Notes: generated by a model not told the origin, from the sequence alone. Positions 10,232-19,645 are shown, numbered from the stretch's first letter. The stretch: DNA of 45,710 nt from an uncultured Clostridia bacterium (GCA_946617595.1 CAMOKN010000017.1:1-45710), one strand, 5' to 3'. Translations and numbers: made by a program.

Positions 10232-11185
10232 TTGAAGACCGTTATCACAGACAACACTCTCGCCCATCTTAAATATGACGGTGAACATATTTCGGGCGAT
10301 ACACTCAGAATATACGCAAAATCAATTTTTACGTGCGGAGCGGACTACCTCGAAATAAACACCGACACAGCCATAAAAATGGCTCTTGAGGATTTTTCGG
10401 AAAGATACATACTGCGCATAGAAAATTCTTATGACTTCGGGTATTGTATGGGAATACGCTTTGCATACGTCACAGTTCCGCTGAGACTTGCGGCACGCAT
10501 AGAGCGTCTCCCCGAAGATCAGCAGGTAATACTTGAAATAAATGCCGACGAATACAGTGCGCACGCTCTTCTGACCTATGTGCGCAGATTCACCTTCATA
10601 CGCAGAGTTTCTGTCATACGCCTTACCGGACTGCTGGACAGCAGCGGCGAAAACATTGAAAATCTGCTGAAATGGTGCAGACAGAACCTCTCGATCCCCA
10701 TAGATATCTGTCCGCTGAATACCATGCTCACCGGCGTGAATGACGCAGTAAGCGCATACCTTTCGGGTGCAGCAATGATAACACTCTCATTCGGCAGAGG
10801 CCATTATTATACATCGCTCGAACAGTACATAATAAATCTGCATATCAACCGCCGTACATTCATTCATGATGATGTGATAAAGGCGATCTGCGTTGCAAGC
10901 TTCATGTTCGCAGAGATATTCTCTGCGATCCCGACCGGTCTTGCAAACATAATAGATATCGACAACGAGATATCCGGAACGGTCTATGAGATAGAGTCCG
11001 GCATCATCTACCGCCCGTACAGAGCAAGAAAGATCCCCCGCTCTCCGAAAGGTGAAACGGCTGTTGACCGCAAAATAAAAAGCATCGGACTTGAACACGA
11101 CATAGAATCCGCTATAATAGATATGCTGAAAAAAGTGAATTTCAGCTTCTACAAAGAGATAACCAAACGTAATCTTATCGACTGA
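10232..11185 (+). CDS. Degenerate HMGL-like/homocitrate-synthase-like (DRE-TIM) protein
   Basis: TTG start after AAAGGAG. ITDNTL (cf. DTTLR), GADYLEI, IRLTG, ICPLN..GVNDAVSAYLSGA..ITLSFG and TSLEQ align by eye to the IPMS/HCS barrel, but the catalytic residues are missing. Confidence 0.55.
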   Translation: MKTVITDNTLAHLKYDGEHISGDTLRIYAKSIFTCGADYLEINTDTAIKMALEDFSERYILRIENSYDFGYCMGIRFAYVTVPLRLAARIERLPEDQQVILEINADEYSAHALLTYVRRFTFIRRVSVIRLTGLLDSSGENIENLLKWCRQNLSIPIDICPLNTMLTGVNDAVSAYLSGAAMITLSFGRGHYYTSLEQYIINLHINRRTFIHDDVIKAICVASFMFAEIFSAIPTGLANIIDIDNEISGTVYEIESGIIYRPYRARKIPRSPKGETAVDRKIKSIGLEHDIESAIIDMLKKVNFSFYKEITKRNLID

Positions 11186-11195
11186 GGAGGACAAA

Positions 11196-12278
11196 ATGGA
11201 TAACGGCATAGTTGCATATAAATGTCCTTCATGCGGTGCGCCGCTCTCATATACAACAGAATCGCAGGATTTTTCATGCCCGTACTGCGGTTCGCATTTT
11301 CAGCAGTCTCAGCTTGACGGTCCGCTGGAAGGAAGCGTCAGCGATATGACGCCCGAACAGGCAGGGATCGATGAAAAACAGCGTCGGTTCGGAGAAGAGA
11401 ACAGGCTCTACACCTGCCCGGGCTGCGGAGCCGCTATAATAACCGATTCTGAGCTTGACGCTTCTGCCGAATGTGTTTACTGCCACAGTCCGGTAGTGCT
11501 TTCGGGACGAATATCCGGAGAATTCCGTCCGGATAAGATCATACCGTTCAAGCAGTCCCGCGGAGAAGCGATAATGGGATTCAACAAATGGACAAAAGCG
11601 AAGAAATTCTTCCTTGCAAAAGGTTTCGGCAGTTCAGAGCATATTTCAAAGATACAGGGGATCTATATACCGTTCTGGCTTGCGGACACCTGCGTTGAGG
11701 GAAAGATGACCGCCGAATGTTTCAAAACGATCGGTTCAACAAGAAGCGGCGACTACATAATAAAGACAGAATCAAAGAGCATCGCAGACAGAGAGGGCAG
11801 CATTATCTATCAGGGAGTCCCCGCAGACGGTTCATCAAAGGCGGAGGACGCGCTTATGGACAGCATTGAACCGTTCGATTACCGTGAACTGGTGGATTTC
11901 GATATGTCTTATCTTTCGGGACACAGCGCACTGAGGTATGATGTCTCAAAGGATCAGGTCTATGACAGGATAAATTACCGCGTCCGCAGCTCAGCAAAGG
12001 AAGTCTTCAGAAATTCTATAAACGGTTATTCCCGCGTAAATGTCACATCAGAAGATTTCAGAATAACGAATATTAACTGGCAGAACGTGATGCTGCCGAT
12101 GTGGTTTCTGACGTATCCGTACAAGGACAAGATGTATTATTTCGCAATGAACGGACAGACCGGAAAATTCGGCGGTATCCTGCCTATCAATAAGGGAAAG
12201 CTCGCGCTTTTCGCATTCGGTATCCCTTTTGCGGCGGCAATAATTATCGCGGCACTGCTTACATTTATTGGAGTTTAG
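11196..12278 (+). CDS. Double zinc-ribbon protein with C-terminal transmembrane helix
   Basis: CPSCGA..CPYCGS and CPGCGA..CVYCHS; GIYIPFW; FAMNGQTGK..G; C-terminal hydrophobic segment. Confidence 0.8.
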   Translation: MDNGIVAYKCPSCGAPLSYTTESQDFSCPYCGSHFQQSQLDGPLEGSVSDMTPEQAGIDEKQRRFGEENRLYTCPGCGAAIITDSELDASAECVYCHSPVVLSGRISGEFRPDKIIPFKQSRGEAIMGFNKWTKAKKFFLAKGFGSSEHISKIQGIYIPFWLADTCVEGKMTAECFKTIGSTRSGDYIIKTESKSIADREGSIIYQGVPADGSSKAEDALMDSIEPFDYRELVDFDMSYLSGHSALRYDVSKDQVYDRINYRVRSSAKEVFRNSINGYSRVNVTSEDFRITNINWQNVMLPMWFLTYPYKDKMYYFAMNGQTGKFGGILPINKGKLALFAFGIPFAAAIIIAALLTFIGV

Positions 12279-12281
12279 CGT

Positions 12282-13124
12282 ATGAAGCGTATAATATGTG
12301 TTTTTATATCTGTGCTGCTTTGCGCGGTATTTGTAAGTATTCCGGTTTCCGCAGACAATTCGCCGGCAGCATACATAATCGACGATGCAGATGTCATATC
12401 CGATAATGATGAACCTGCGCTGCTTGCAAGAGCGACCGAAGCAGCTGAGAAAATGGGATTCAGCATAATAATAGCATCTACCGATGATATAGGTTCGCCT
12501 AAAACAGATGCTCACGTTGTTGAATACTCCGACGACCTTTACGAGAAATACTGCGGCATAAACACGGACGGAATACTGTTTCTTATAAACTGCGACACAA
12601 AGTACGATTATATCTCCACAAGCGGCGTGTGCATAAACTATTACAGCGATTACCGCATAGAGCAGATATTTGACTATATCTGGGACGATATGGTGGACGG
12701 AAAATTCACATCTGCCGCATATTCGTTCATAAGCCGCGCCGAGTATTTCTACGAAAAAGGAAAAGCTAATCATCAGCAGGAATTTCTCGGCCGCGAAATA
12801 GATATATTCGACTTCGCCGGCTCTTTTATACGAGTCCTGTTCTTTACGGGATTCGCAGCTCTTATCGTCTCTGTCAGCGTATTTGCGTACTTTTCTTCTC
12901 AATACAAGCTTGAAAAGCCCGATACCAAAAAGTATATTCTTGAAAACTCCATTTATTTCGATGTCAGGAAAGATACTTTTGTAGGAAACATCACTACCCG
13001 TACCTACTCTCCGAGAAGCACCTCAAGCGGAAGTCACAGCAGCGGAGGCAGATCTTCTCACCACAGTTCTACACACCATTCGCACAGCGGAGGACGCCAC
13101 GGCGGCGGTGGAAGACACAGATAA
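12282..13124 (+). CDS. TPM-domain membrane protein with Ser/Gly/His-rich tail
   Basis: Signal peptide, IIDDADVI, DGILFLI..ISTSG, a TM helix and an SSGG..HGGGGR tail. Confidence 0.85.
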   Translation: MKRIICVFISVLLCAVFVSIPVSADNSPAAYIIDDADVISDNDEPALLARATEAAEKMGFSIIIASTDDIGSPKTDAHVVEYSDDLYEKYCGINTDGILFLINCDTKYDYISTSGVCINYYSDYRIEQIFDYIWDDMVDGKFTSAAYSFISRAEYFYEKGKANHQQEFLGREIDIFDFAGSFIRVLFFTGFAALIVSVSVFAYFSSQYKLEKPDTKKYILENSIYFDVRKDTFVGNITTRTYSPRSTSSGSHSSGGRSSHHSSTHHSHSGGRHGGGGRHR

Positions 13125-13137
13125 GACATTGAATAAT

Positions 13138-13187
13138 ATGCCGCTCATACTTTGATCATGAACAAGATCAGGTATGAGCGGCATTTT
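13138..13187. terminator. Terminator between convergent genes, probably bidirectional
   Basis: ATGCCGCTCATAC...GTATGAGCGGCAT stem followed by TTTT. Confidence 0.75.
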
Positions 13188-13204
13188 TGCATATTTGTAC
13201 GGTA

Positions 13205-15961
13205 TTACTCCGAGACAGTCTTCAGCGCACCCCAGTCAACGCTGTCGGCAGCAGCCCGTATATCTGCGATCTTCCGGCTGTGAGACTCGGGAATACGATA
13301 TTTGTCAAGCTCGTCCAGAATATCACAAAGCGTGTCATAATCATAATTCTCGGCTGCATTGTGTATTTTCACATAAATGTCGGACAGTAACTCCTCCGTC
13401 GCTTCGGGAAGGCTGCTGTCAGTCGGCGCGGACGCTGTCTCATCTCGCCCGTATTTGCGCTTCAAACCTCTGTACATTTCAAGCAGCTCGGAGGTCTTTT
13501 CTCGGATAAGCTTTATATTCCTGCTGTCGCCGGCTTTTTCAAGCTCCTCCGCAAGTGCACCCAGCTTTTCTTCGCCCACAAGCCTTGATGTGCTTTTCAG
13601 CGCATGAACTTTTATAGTGTAGTTCTCCCAGTCTTCGTTTCTGTAAAGGTCCTCTATCGTTTCTGACATGGGATCTATATTATTCAGGTAAATGTCAAGA
13701 AGTTCCTCACGGTCAGCGGGGCTTTCGGGCTGAGTATGAGCATCGTCAGACGGCGGAAGTATCAGTTCGTCCCGCAGAAGTCCGACCGTCATGGCTTCAA
13801 GCCGCATAGGGTCGATAGGCTTGGTCAGATATTCCACAAATCCGGCAGCTATGTATTTCTCACGTACACCGGAGACAGCGTTTGCGGTAAGACATACCGC
13901 GGGAGTATCACGATTCAGCCCCTTGTCGTCCGTGCGTATCTCAGCAAGAGTTTCTATACCGTCCTTATTCGGCATTCTGTGATCGAGGAATATGATATCA
14001 TATCTGCAGCTGCGCGCGAGCTGTACAGCGATATCTCCGCTTAATGCCGAATCTATCTTGATATCCGTCTTTTTGAGCAGATTCCTGAAAACTATCAGAT
14101 TCATCTCGGTATCATCGACAACAAGCACCTTTGCTTCAGGCGCGCGGAATGACTCATGATACTTGCTTCTTGCTGCTACCGAGCGTTCAAGCGCAAGTGT
14201 ATAGTCGCCCATGGGTGAATCCTTCACTACGTTCTGCCTCAGTGTAAAACCAAATGTAGAGCCTTTTCCGTACTCGCTCTGTATTTCAAGCCTGCTGTCC
14301 ATAAGTGTGAGAAGGCTCTGTACTATCGAAAGACCAAGTCCAGTCCCCTCAATAGAACGGTTGCGGTTTTCGTCGATACGCTCGAACGCAATGAACAGCT
14401 TGTCGATATCTTCCTGACGTATGCCTATGCCGGTATCTTTTACGCTTACGATCAGGTCAATATATCCGTCGCCCCTGACATATCCGACTGACAGGTTCAC
14501 AGAACCTTTTTTTGTGTATTTTACTGCATTCGTTAGAATATTTGTGATTATCTGCTTTATCCTTATCTCGTCGCCGTGCAGATAATCAGGAGTTGTTGGA
14601 TCCGCTGTAACGGTAAACCGGAGCCCCTTTTCAGCTGCGCGGGGTTCGATCATGTTTGAAAGATCATTCAGCACCGACGAGAGCTGATAATCCACAGGGA
14701 TTATATCAGTCTTTCCGGCTTCTATTTTTGAGAAATCAAGAACATCGTTTATCAGTCCGAGAAGAGTATTTCCAGCCTTGCGGATATCCTCGGCATATTC
14801 AAGAGTCTGATCTTCACGGCTCTCACGCAGGATCATCTCGTCCATTCCGAGTATCGCATTAATAGGGGTGCGTATCTCGTGTGACATATTTGCGAGAAAG
14901 TCTCCCTTCGCCTTCGAGACTGCCTCAGCAGACTGCCTTGCCTGCTGGAGGAGCTGGATATAGCGGTATTCCTCGGTACGGTCCTCTATGCGGATCTGAT
15001 AGCCTTTATTCTTTTTTCCGCTCATTATATGACTTACTATAATGCGGTAATTTACATTGCTGCGCTCAAGATCAAGCTCCACGTTTTTCTGTTCTTCTCC
15101 GAGTGAATCCAGCCAGCCGGTAATTATCGCAAATCTTTTGTCATTTCTCGGGATCTGCTTATCTATGTAAATATCGTTGAATTCGGGGAAATACTCAGAA
15201 GCAGGCAGATTGCAGCCAAGATAGTGTCTTCTGCTGTCGAACGATGCAAAGCCGACCTTTTCTTCCTGCATCATAGTAGTTACCGCAACGTCGGATATCG
15301 AATACATTTTAAGCCTGCTGCTCATCACAAAAAGCAGCACCTGTGTAATGACATAGGCGGCAGGCTGGAGCTCTATCGGAAGCTTCAGCATTCTCGTAAA
15401 AACGAAAGTAAGAAGATTTACCAGATAAAAAGCAAACAGGATCGCTGCATTCTTCTTTGAAACGTCCCTGCGCCGGAAACCGTACATAAGTGCTGCAAAT
15501 TCGGCAATAACATAGAATATCAGCATCAAGTAATACACCGTATGCATAAATCCGTAGGATTTTACGAGATATCCCGGAATACCCTCATGGAACGGTACAA
15601 GCTCCACAGAAGTATAAAGCGCCTTATTATGAAGCGCAGTAAGAGCAACACTGCCTATAAGCGCGCTAAGTATGAACAGCGGAGCAGCGGCAAGCCGCGG
15701 GAATTTTATGTGGCAGAACGAGCAGATATAGATAAGGTACCCAAGCTGTAAAAAACAGGTACAGAGATAAACGAGCCCGTTTGCAAGGACTGCCTCCGCG
15801 AGATTTTCGGCAGCGGCAACTCTCAGATACCCTACATTTATTATCGGTATCAGCAGATACACGACCGAAAAGCTTACGGATATATAGCGGTTCCACTTCC
15901 AGAGAAACAGTCCGGAAAGCGTTATTGATAAATACAGCGCGATCTGATAATAAATGAACAT
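13205..15961 (-). CDS. Hybrid sensor histidine kinase (multi-TM N-terminus, HisKA, HATPase, REC, Hpt)
   Basis: FLANMSHEIRTPINAI, NILTNAVKYT, DTGIGI, GTGLGL; REC motifs VVDD, FLDHRMP and KP; Hpt motif VHALKS. Confidence 0.93.
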   Translation of the reverse strand: MFIYYQIALYLSITLSGLFLWKWNRYISVSFSVVYLLIPIINVGYLRVAAAENLAEAVLANGLVYLCTCFLQLGYLIYICSFCHIKFPRLAAAPLFILSALIGSVALTALHNKALYTSVELVPFHEGIPGYLVKSYGFMHTVYYLMLIFYVIAEFAALMYGFRRRDVSKKNAAILFAFYLVNLLTFVFTRMLKLPIELQPAAYVITQVLLFVMSSRLKMYSISDVAVTTMMQEEKVGFASFDSRRHYLGCNLPASEYFPEFNDIYIDKQIPRNDKRFAIITGWLDSLGEEQKNVELDLERSNVNYRIIVSHIMSGKKNKGYQIRIEDRTEEYRYIQLLQQARQSAEAVSKAKGDFLANMSHEIRTPINAILGMDEMILRESREDQTLEYAEDIRKAGNTLLGLINDVLDFSKIEAGKTDIIPVDYQLSSVLNDLSNMIEPRAAEKGLRFTVTADPTTPDYLHGDEIRIKQIITNILTNAVKYTKKGSVNLSVGYVRGDGYIDLIVSVKDTGIGIRQEDIDKLFIAFERIDENRNRSIEGTGLGLSIVQSLLTLMDSRLEIQSEYGKGSTFGFTLRQNVVKDSPMGDYTLALERSVAARSKYHESFRAPEAKVLVVDDTEMNLIVFRNLLKKTDIKIDSALSGDIAVQLARSCRYDIIFLDHRMPNKDGIETLAEIRTDDKGLNRDTPAVCLTANAVSGVREKYIAAGFVEYLTKPIDPMRLEAMTVGLLRDELILPPSDDAHTQPESPADREELLDIYLNNIDPMSETIEDLYRNEDWENYTIKVHALKSTSRLVGEEKLGALAEELEKAGDSRNIKLIREKTSELLEMYRGLKRKYGRDETASAPTDSSLPEATEELLSDIYVKIHNAAENYDYDTLCDILDELDKYRIPESHSRKIADIRAAADSVDWGALKTVSE

Positions 15962-16155
15962 GATCTTTCACCTTCTCCGCAAAGGTAATCATATTCCGCA
16001 AAACGGCGGAATACACACTTTCTCAATTTATTATTATATCATAAACATATCATGATTGTCAAGTTTTCGGGCATTGCCTCATTCCTGCAAGAATAAAACC
16101 CTGTGTCCGTGTGTGAACACAGGGTATCTCAGGCTGCACCGTCCAGCAAGCGATG

Positions 16156-16172
16156 CTGTGCGGCATTGCCTA
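16156..16172 (-). repeat. Solo degenerate family B terminal repeat overlapping a stop codon
   Basis: On - strand TAGGCAATGCCGCACAG versus family B end GGCAATACCGCACAAAG. Confidence 0.5.
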
Positions 16173-18074
16173 TATTCTTCCTTTTTTTCTCGACGCCTTA
16201 TTGGCGTACATTCTTTCATCTGCGATCTTGAGACACTGATCTATATTTTCGTAATTATCGGGGTAGTCAATGAAGAATCCGGCGCTTATCCCGACATGAT
16301 ACGGCTTTCCGGAAGACGAGTTGTATCTTGCAAGATAACCGTCTATACGGCTTCGGTAAAATATCGGGATAGCGGTGTCATAATCGTATGTACCGAAAAT
16401 TATGAACTCATCGCCGCCAGAGCGGACGCAGTATTCGCCGTTTCCGCAGCAGGTCTGCAATGCGCGGGCACATACGGTGATAGCATTGTCACCTTCTCCG
16501 TGGCCGTAGGTATCGTTTATCTTTTTAAGATCGTCAAGATCGGCAACTATCACAAGCAGCTTCTGACCTCTTTCTTTTGCGGCATTGAAAACATCTTTGC
16601 TGTACATCTCATAACCCTGACGGTTATAGAGTCCAGTCATTCCGTCACGTATGGAATTTGCGAAAGCTCTGTTATACATAAGCTTCATACGTTCCTGCAT
16701 ACGCATATACTCGAGAGAAACGCTGACGCTCGATGCCCATGTATGATAAATGTCCTCAGGCATATTCTCTTCTTCGTTCCTGAATCTTACTACCTGATAT
16801 CCGAAACATCTGTCCTCAAAATGGACCGCATTGAAATAGCAGGCGACAGGTCTTTCATCAAGAAGTATATCCGGAGGGAAAAGCTCCTCGGATCTGAACG
16901 GCACATATCGTTTTTCCGTACCGTCGATGCTCCAGTACATTTCCTCGGACATCTCGTCCTGATAACCTTCTCTGATATACTCGTTATCGTTCTCGCGGAA
17001 AAGATTCCAGTCCTTGTTAAGGCAGAGCGCAAATGCCGCGCAGTTGCGGATAAGGTATATTCTTGAAAATATGGTGATTATGAACTGCTCATAAGTCTCC
17101 TGAGCCATAAGGGATTCCTGCATAGTACTGAAGCGGAAATTGCTTTCGGATTCCTGTTCAAGCCTGTCGAGCTCGTTGAATTTGTGAGCAAATGCCACAT
17201 CTCTTCGGCAGCCGCAGCTTTCACCGCTGACGAAGATACCCTCATCGGGATCCAACGGCTGGGTGTCGGTTCCGGTTATCATCTTGTGAAGCTCACATAT
17301 ACAGCGCTCTCCGGTATGCAGATCGGGACGGGTGCAGGTGGTGACCGACGGGTCATTGGTTATGGATTCACCGGAAAGATCATATCCTGTGACCGCTATA
17401 TCTCCGGGAACATTTATCCCTCTGTTTATAAGTTCGTTTGTAAGGGTCACAGCTGATTTGTCATTGCCGCAGACCACAGCCTCGGGTCTTTCGATCTCAC
17501 CGGACGCTAATTTTTCGGCAAGCGCCGTAGCTGCCATTGTCCAGAAATCGCCGAAGATCTCATAGCCTTCTTTTATCTCCAGACCATGTTTCTGCATTGA
17601 ATCCCTGTATCCGGCAAGTCTTTCGTGAGATACCGGAAATTCTTCGGCTCCGGTCATACAGTATATTTTTTTCAGTCCGTGGACTTCTATCAGGTGATCT
17701 ACTATGGCCGCGAAGCCCTTGCGGTCATTTGACAGAATACCCTTGTATCCCTCTATGCCCTCATTATCCAGCACGACCATTTTAAAGTCCGGTATCGACC
17801 GGAAAAGATCGAGCATCTTCTTTTTTACGGTCTCCGCCCAGAACGAATAATCGACAAATACCGCGCCTGCGATATCCGGGGTCTTTATAAGCTCATATAT
17901 ATTCTCTTCGCCGAGCTGGTGCTTTGTGCGCTCGTCCGTAATAGTGAACACCGAAAAAATTGCCACATTGTAATCCAGTGCTTCTGCCTGACGGATTATG
18001 CCGCTGAGACACTTATTCCGGTAAAAGCCGTCCGTGGTGCCGACAATGACAGCTATCGTTTTTCTCTGTTTCAT
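16170..18074 (-). CDS. Diguanylate cyclase with LacI-type ligand-binding domain and GAF-like middle domain
   Basis: HLIEVHG, PEAVVCGND, VPGDIAVTGYD and GESCGC; then DGMTGLYNR, INDTYGHGEGD and SGGDEF. No HTH, no TM. Confidence 0.9.
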   Translation of the reverse strand: MKQRKTIAVIVGTTDGFYRNKCLSGIIRQAEALDYNVAIFSVFTITDERTKHQLGEENIYELIKTPDIAGAVFVDYSFWAETVKKKMLDLFRSIPDFKMVVLDNEGIEGYKGILSNDRKGFAAIVDHLIEVHGLKKIYCMTGAEEFPVSHERLAGYRDSMQKHGLEIKEGYEIFGDFWTMAATALAEKLASGEIERPEAVVCGNDKSAVTLTNELINRGINVPGDIAVTGYDLSGESITNDPSVTTCTRPDLHTGERCICELHKMITGTDTQPLDPDEGIFVSGESCGCRRDVAFAHKFNELDRLEQESESNFRFSTMQESLMAQETYEQFIITIFSRIYLIRNCAAFALCLNKDWNLFRENDNEYIREGYQDEMSEEMYWSIDGTEKRYVPFRSEELFPPDILLDERPVACYFNAVHFEDRCFGYQVVRFRNEEENMPEDIYHTWASSVSVSLEYMRMQERMKLMYNRAFANSIRDGMTGLYNRQGYEMYSKDVFNAAKERGQKLLVIVADLDDLKKINDTYGHGEGDNAITVCARALQTCCGNGEYCVRSGGDEFIIFGTYDYDTAIPIFYRSRIDGYLARYNSSSGKPYHVGISAGFFIDYPDNYENIDQCLKIADERMYANKASRKKGRI

Positions 18075-18086
18075 CTGTTCTCCAAT

Positions 18087-18569
18087 TTATAATTTAAGCG
18101 ACAGGGTTCTGCCGGTAGTTTCATAACGCTCAACTTTGATATTGCACTTTTCAAACAGTAAAGCTGACGCTTTTACACCGTCCGTATCGGCGTATTTGTT
18201 CTCAAGATATACAACGCGCTTTATTCCGCATTGTATGATAGCCTTGGCACACTCATTACATGGAAAAAGCGTCACATACAGTGTCGCTCCGGCGAGTGAG
18301 GGCATACTGCTGTTGAGTATGGCGTTCAGTTCCGCATGGCACACGAACGGATACTTTGTATCGAGTGAGCTGTCAGCGCTGCGCTCCCACGGCATATCGT
18401 CATCATCACAGCCGACAGGCATACCGTTATAGCCTACCGATATTATTTTATTATCGTTGTTTACTATGCAGGCGCCTACCTGTGTGGAATTATCCTTGCT
18501 CCTCTGTGCAGACAGAAGGGCTATCCCCATAAAGTATTCGTCCCAGCTTATGTAGTCCGTTCGTTTCAT
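18087..18569 (-). CDS. dCMP deaminase (ComEB/DCTD-like)
   Basis: WDEYFM, VGACIV, GYNG, HAELNAI and PCNECAK motifs. Probable start at MKRTDY. Confidence 0.92.
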   Translation of the reverse strand: MKRTDYISWDEYFMGIALLSAQRSKDNSTQVGACIVNNDNKIISVGYNGMPVGCDDDDMPWERSADSSLDTKYPFVCHAELNAILNSSMPSLAGATLYVTLFPCNECAKAIIQCGIKRVVYLENKYADTDGVKASALLFEKCNIKVERYETTGRTLSLKL

Positions 18570-18653
18570 TACTTCGCCCCATTCCGGAAAATCAAATAAA
18601 CTCTCTATTATTCTACCACTTTTTTTCTCATTTTTCAACCCCTTTTATTAAAT

Positions 18654-18692
18654 TTAGGCTATACCGCACAAAGATTGTGCGGCATAGCCTAA
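18654..18692. repeat. Collapsed family B element: two terminal repeats joined head-to-head
   Basis: TTAGGCTATACCGCACAA-AGA-TTGTGCGGCATAGCCTAA palindrome. 18653-18681 is identical to 19453-19481. Confidence 0.8.
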
Positions 18693-18729
18693 CCGCTTTT
18701 TACTCAGCCCAATTTTTTATTGGTGTTGA

Positions 18730-19392
18730 CTTTGATTTATATTTATACTATGGAAATAAGATAACCCGTTATAAAGGCTCCGGCAAAACAGTTGAGATCA
18801 CTGCATACATAGGCGGTGCGGCTGTTGAGAGTATAGCGGAAGGCGCGTTTGCAGACAACACCGACATAACTTCCGTAATGCTCAGTGACAGTGTAACTCA
18901 CATAGGAGAAAATGCGTTTTTCGGCTGCAAAAACCTTGAAAGTGTGACAGTACCGGACGGTATAAGCATGATAGCGCCGTATGCGTTTTCTCACAACACA
19001 TCAGCGGTCACAGTAACTCTGCCGGAAAGTCTGAAAAGCATAGGGTTTGCGGCATTCTGGGAAGCCGAAAAGCTTGAAAATATAAAGATCCCCGAAAACA
19101 CGGCAGTGATCGGAGAACGCGCGTTTTCATACTGCCCGATGCTGAAAAGCATAGAGCTTCCGGAAAATATCGGAATGATAGCGGACAGTACGTTCAGAGG
19201 ATGTACTGCTCTTGAAAAGGCAGTAATGAGGAGATAGGAAATTCTGCATTCAACAAGTGCGCCGCACTGACTGAGATCACATTTCCGTCTTCGCTGAAAA
19301 TAATAGGCGGTTCAGCATTCAAAGGCTGCACCGCACTTGTAAAGTCTGATATTCCCGACGGCTGTGAAGTCGATCCTAAAGCTTTTGACTGA
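18730..19392 (+). pseudogene. BspA-type (TpLRR/LRR_5) leucine-rich-repeat gene fragment, frameshifted
   Basis: Repeats such as LSDSVTHIGENAFFGCKNL and LPESLKSIGFAAF. Stop at 19237, but repeats continue in another frame (EIGNSAFNKCAALTEITFPSSLKIIGGSAF) to TGA at 19392. No good start or signal peptide. Confidence 0.8.
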
Positions 19393-19414
19393 GAGCCGCT
19401 CAACAAGCAATATT

Positions 19415-19455
19415 AACCTTCCGGACTACATTCTGTAGTCCGGAAGGTTTCTTTT
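19415..19455 (+). terminator. Rho-independent terminator
   Basis: AACCTTCCGGACTACA-TTC-TGTAGTCCGGAAGGTT followed by TCTTTT. Confidence 0.8.
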
Positions 19456-19456
19456 A

Positions 19457-19627
19457 GGCTATACCGCACAAAGATTGTGCGTGAATTGTGATGTCAGATT
19501 TTTCGTCAGATTAATCAAAAGACACGCAGGCTTGCTGGCGCAAGTCAAGTGGATTTTGGTTAATATGACGGAAAAATGCAAGCAAGGCACGTGCAAAGGC
19601 GTTAGCCGTGCTTTGTGCGGTATTGCC
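19457..19627. mobile_element. MITE-like long-hairpin element, family B (171 bp)
   Basis: TIRs GGCTATACCGCACAAAG and CTTTGTGCGGTATTGCC with 1 mismatch. TTTA on both flanks. Internal long stem with CTTG-CTGGCG-CAAG apex. Confidence 0.8.
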
Positions 19628-19645
19628 TTTATACGCTGCCTCTTC

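Noticed and set aside
16056-17066. 336-aa + strand ORF and similar long antisense ORFs (12048-12902, 32933-33625, 33734-34351, 40920-41621)
   Set aside because: Shadow frames opposite well-supported genes, with no recognisable motifs.
18087-18569. Anti-phage dCTP deaminase
   Set aside because: Short single-domain housekeeping-type deaminase with no fused kinase-like domain and no defence context.
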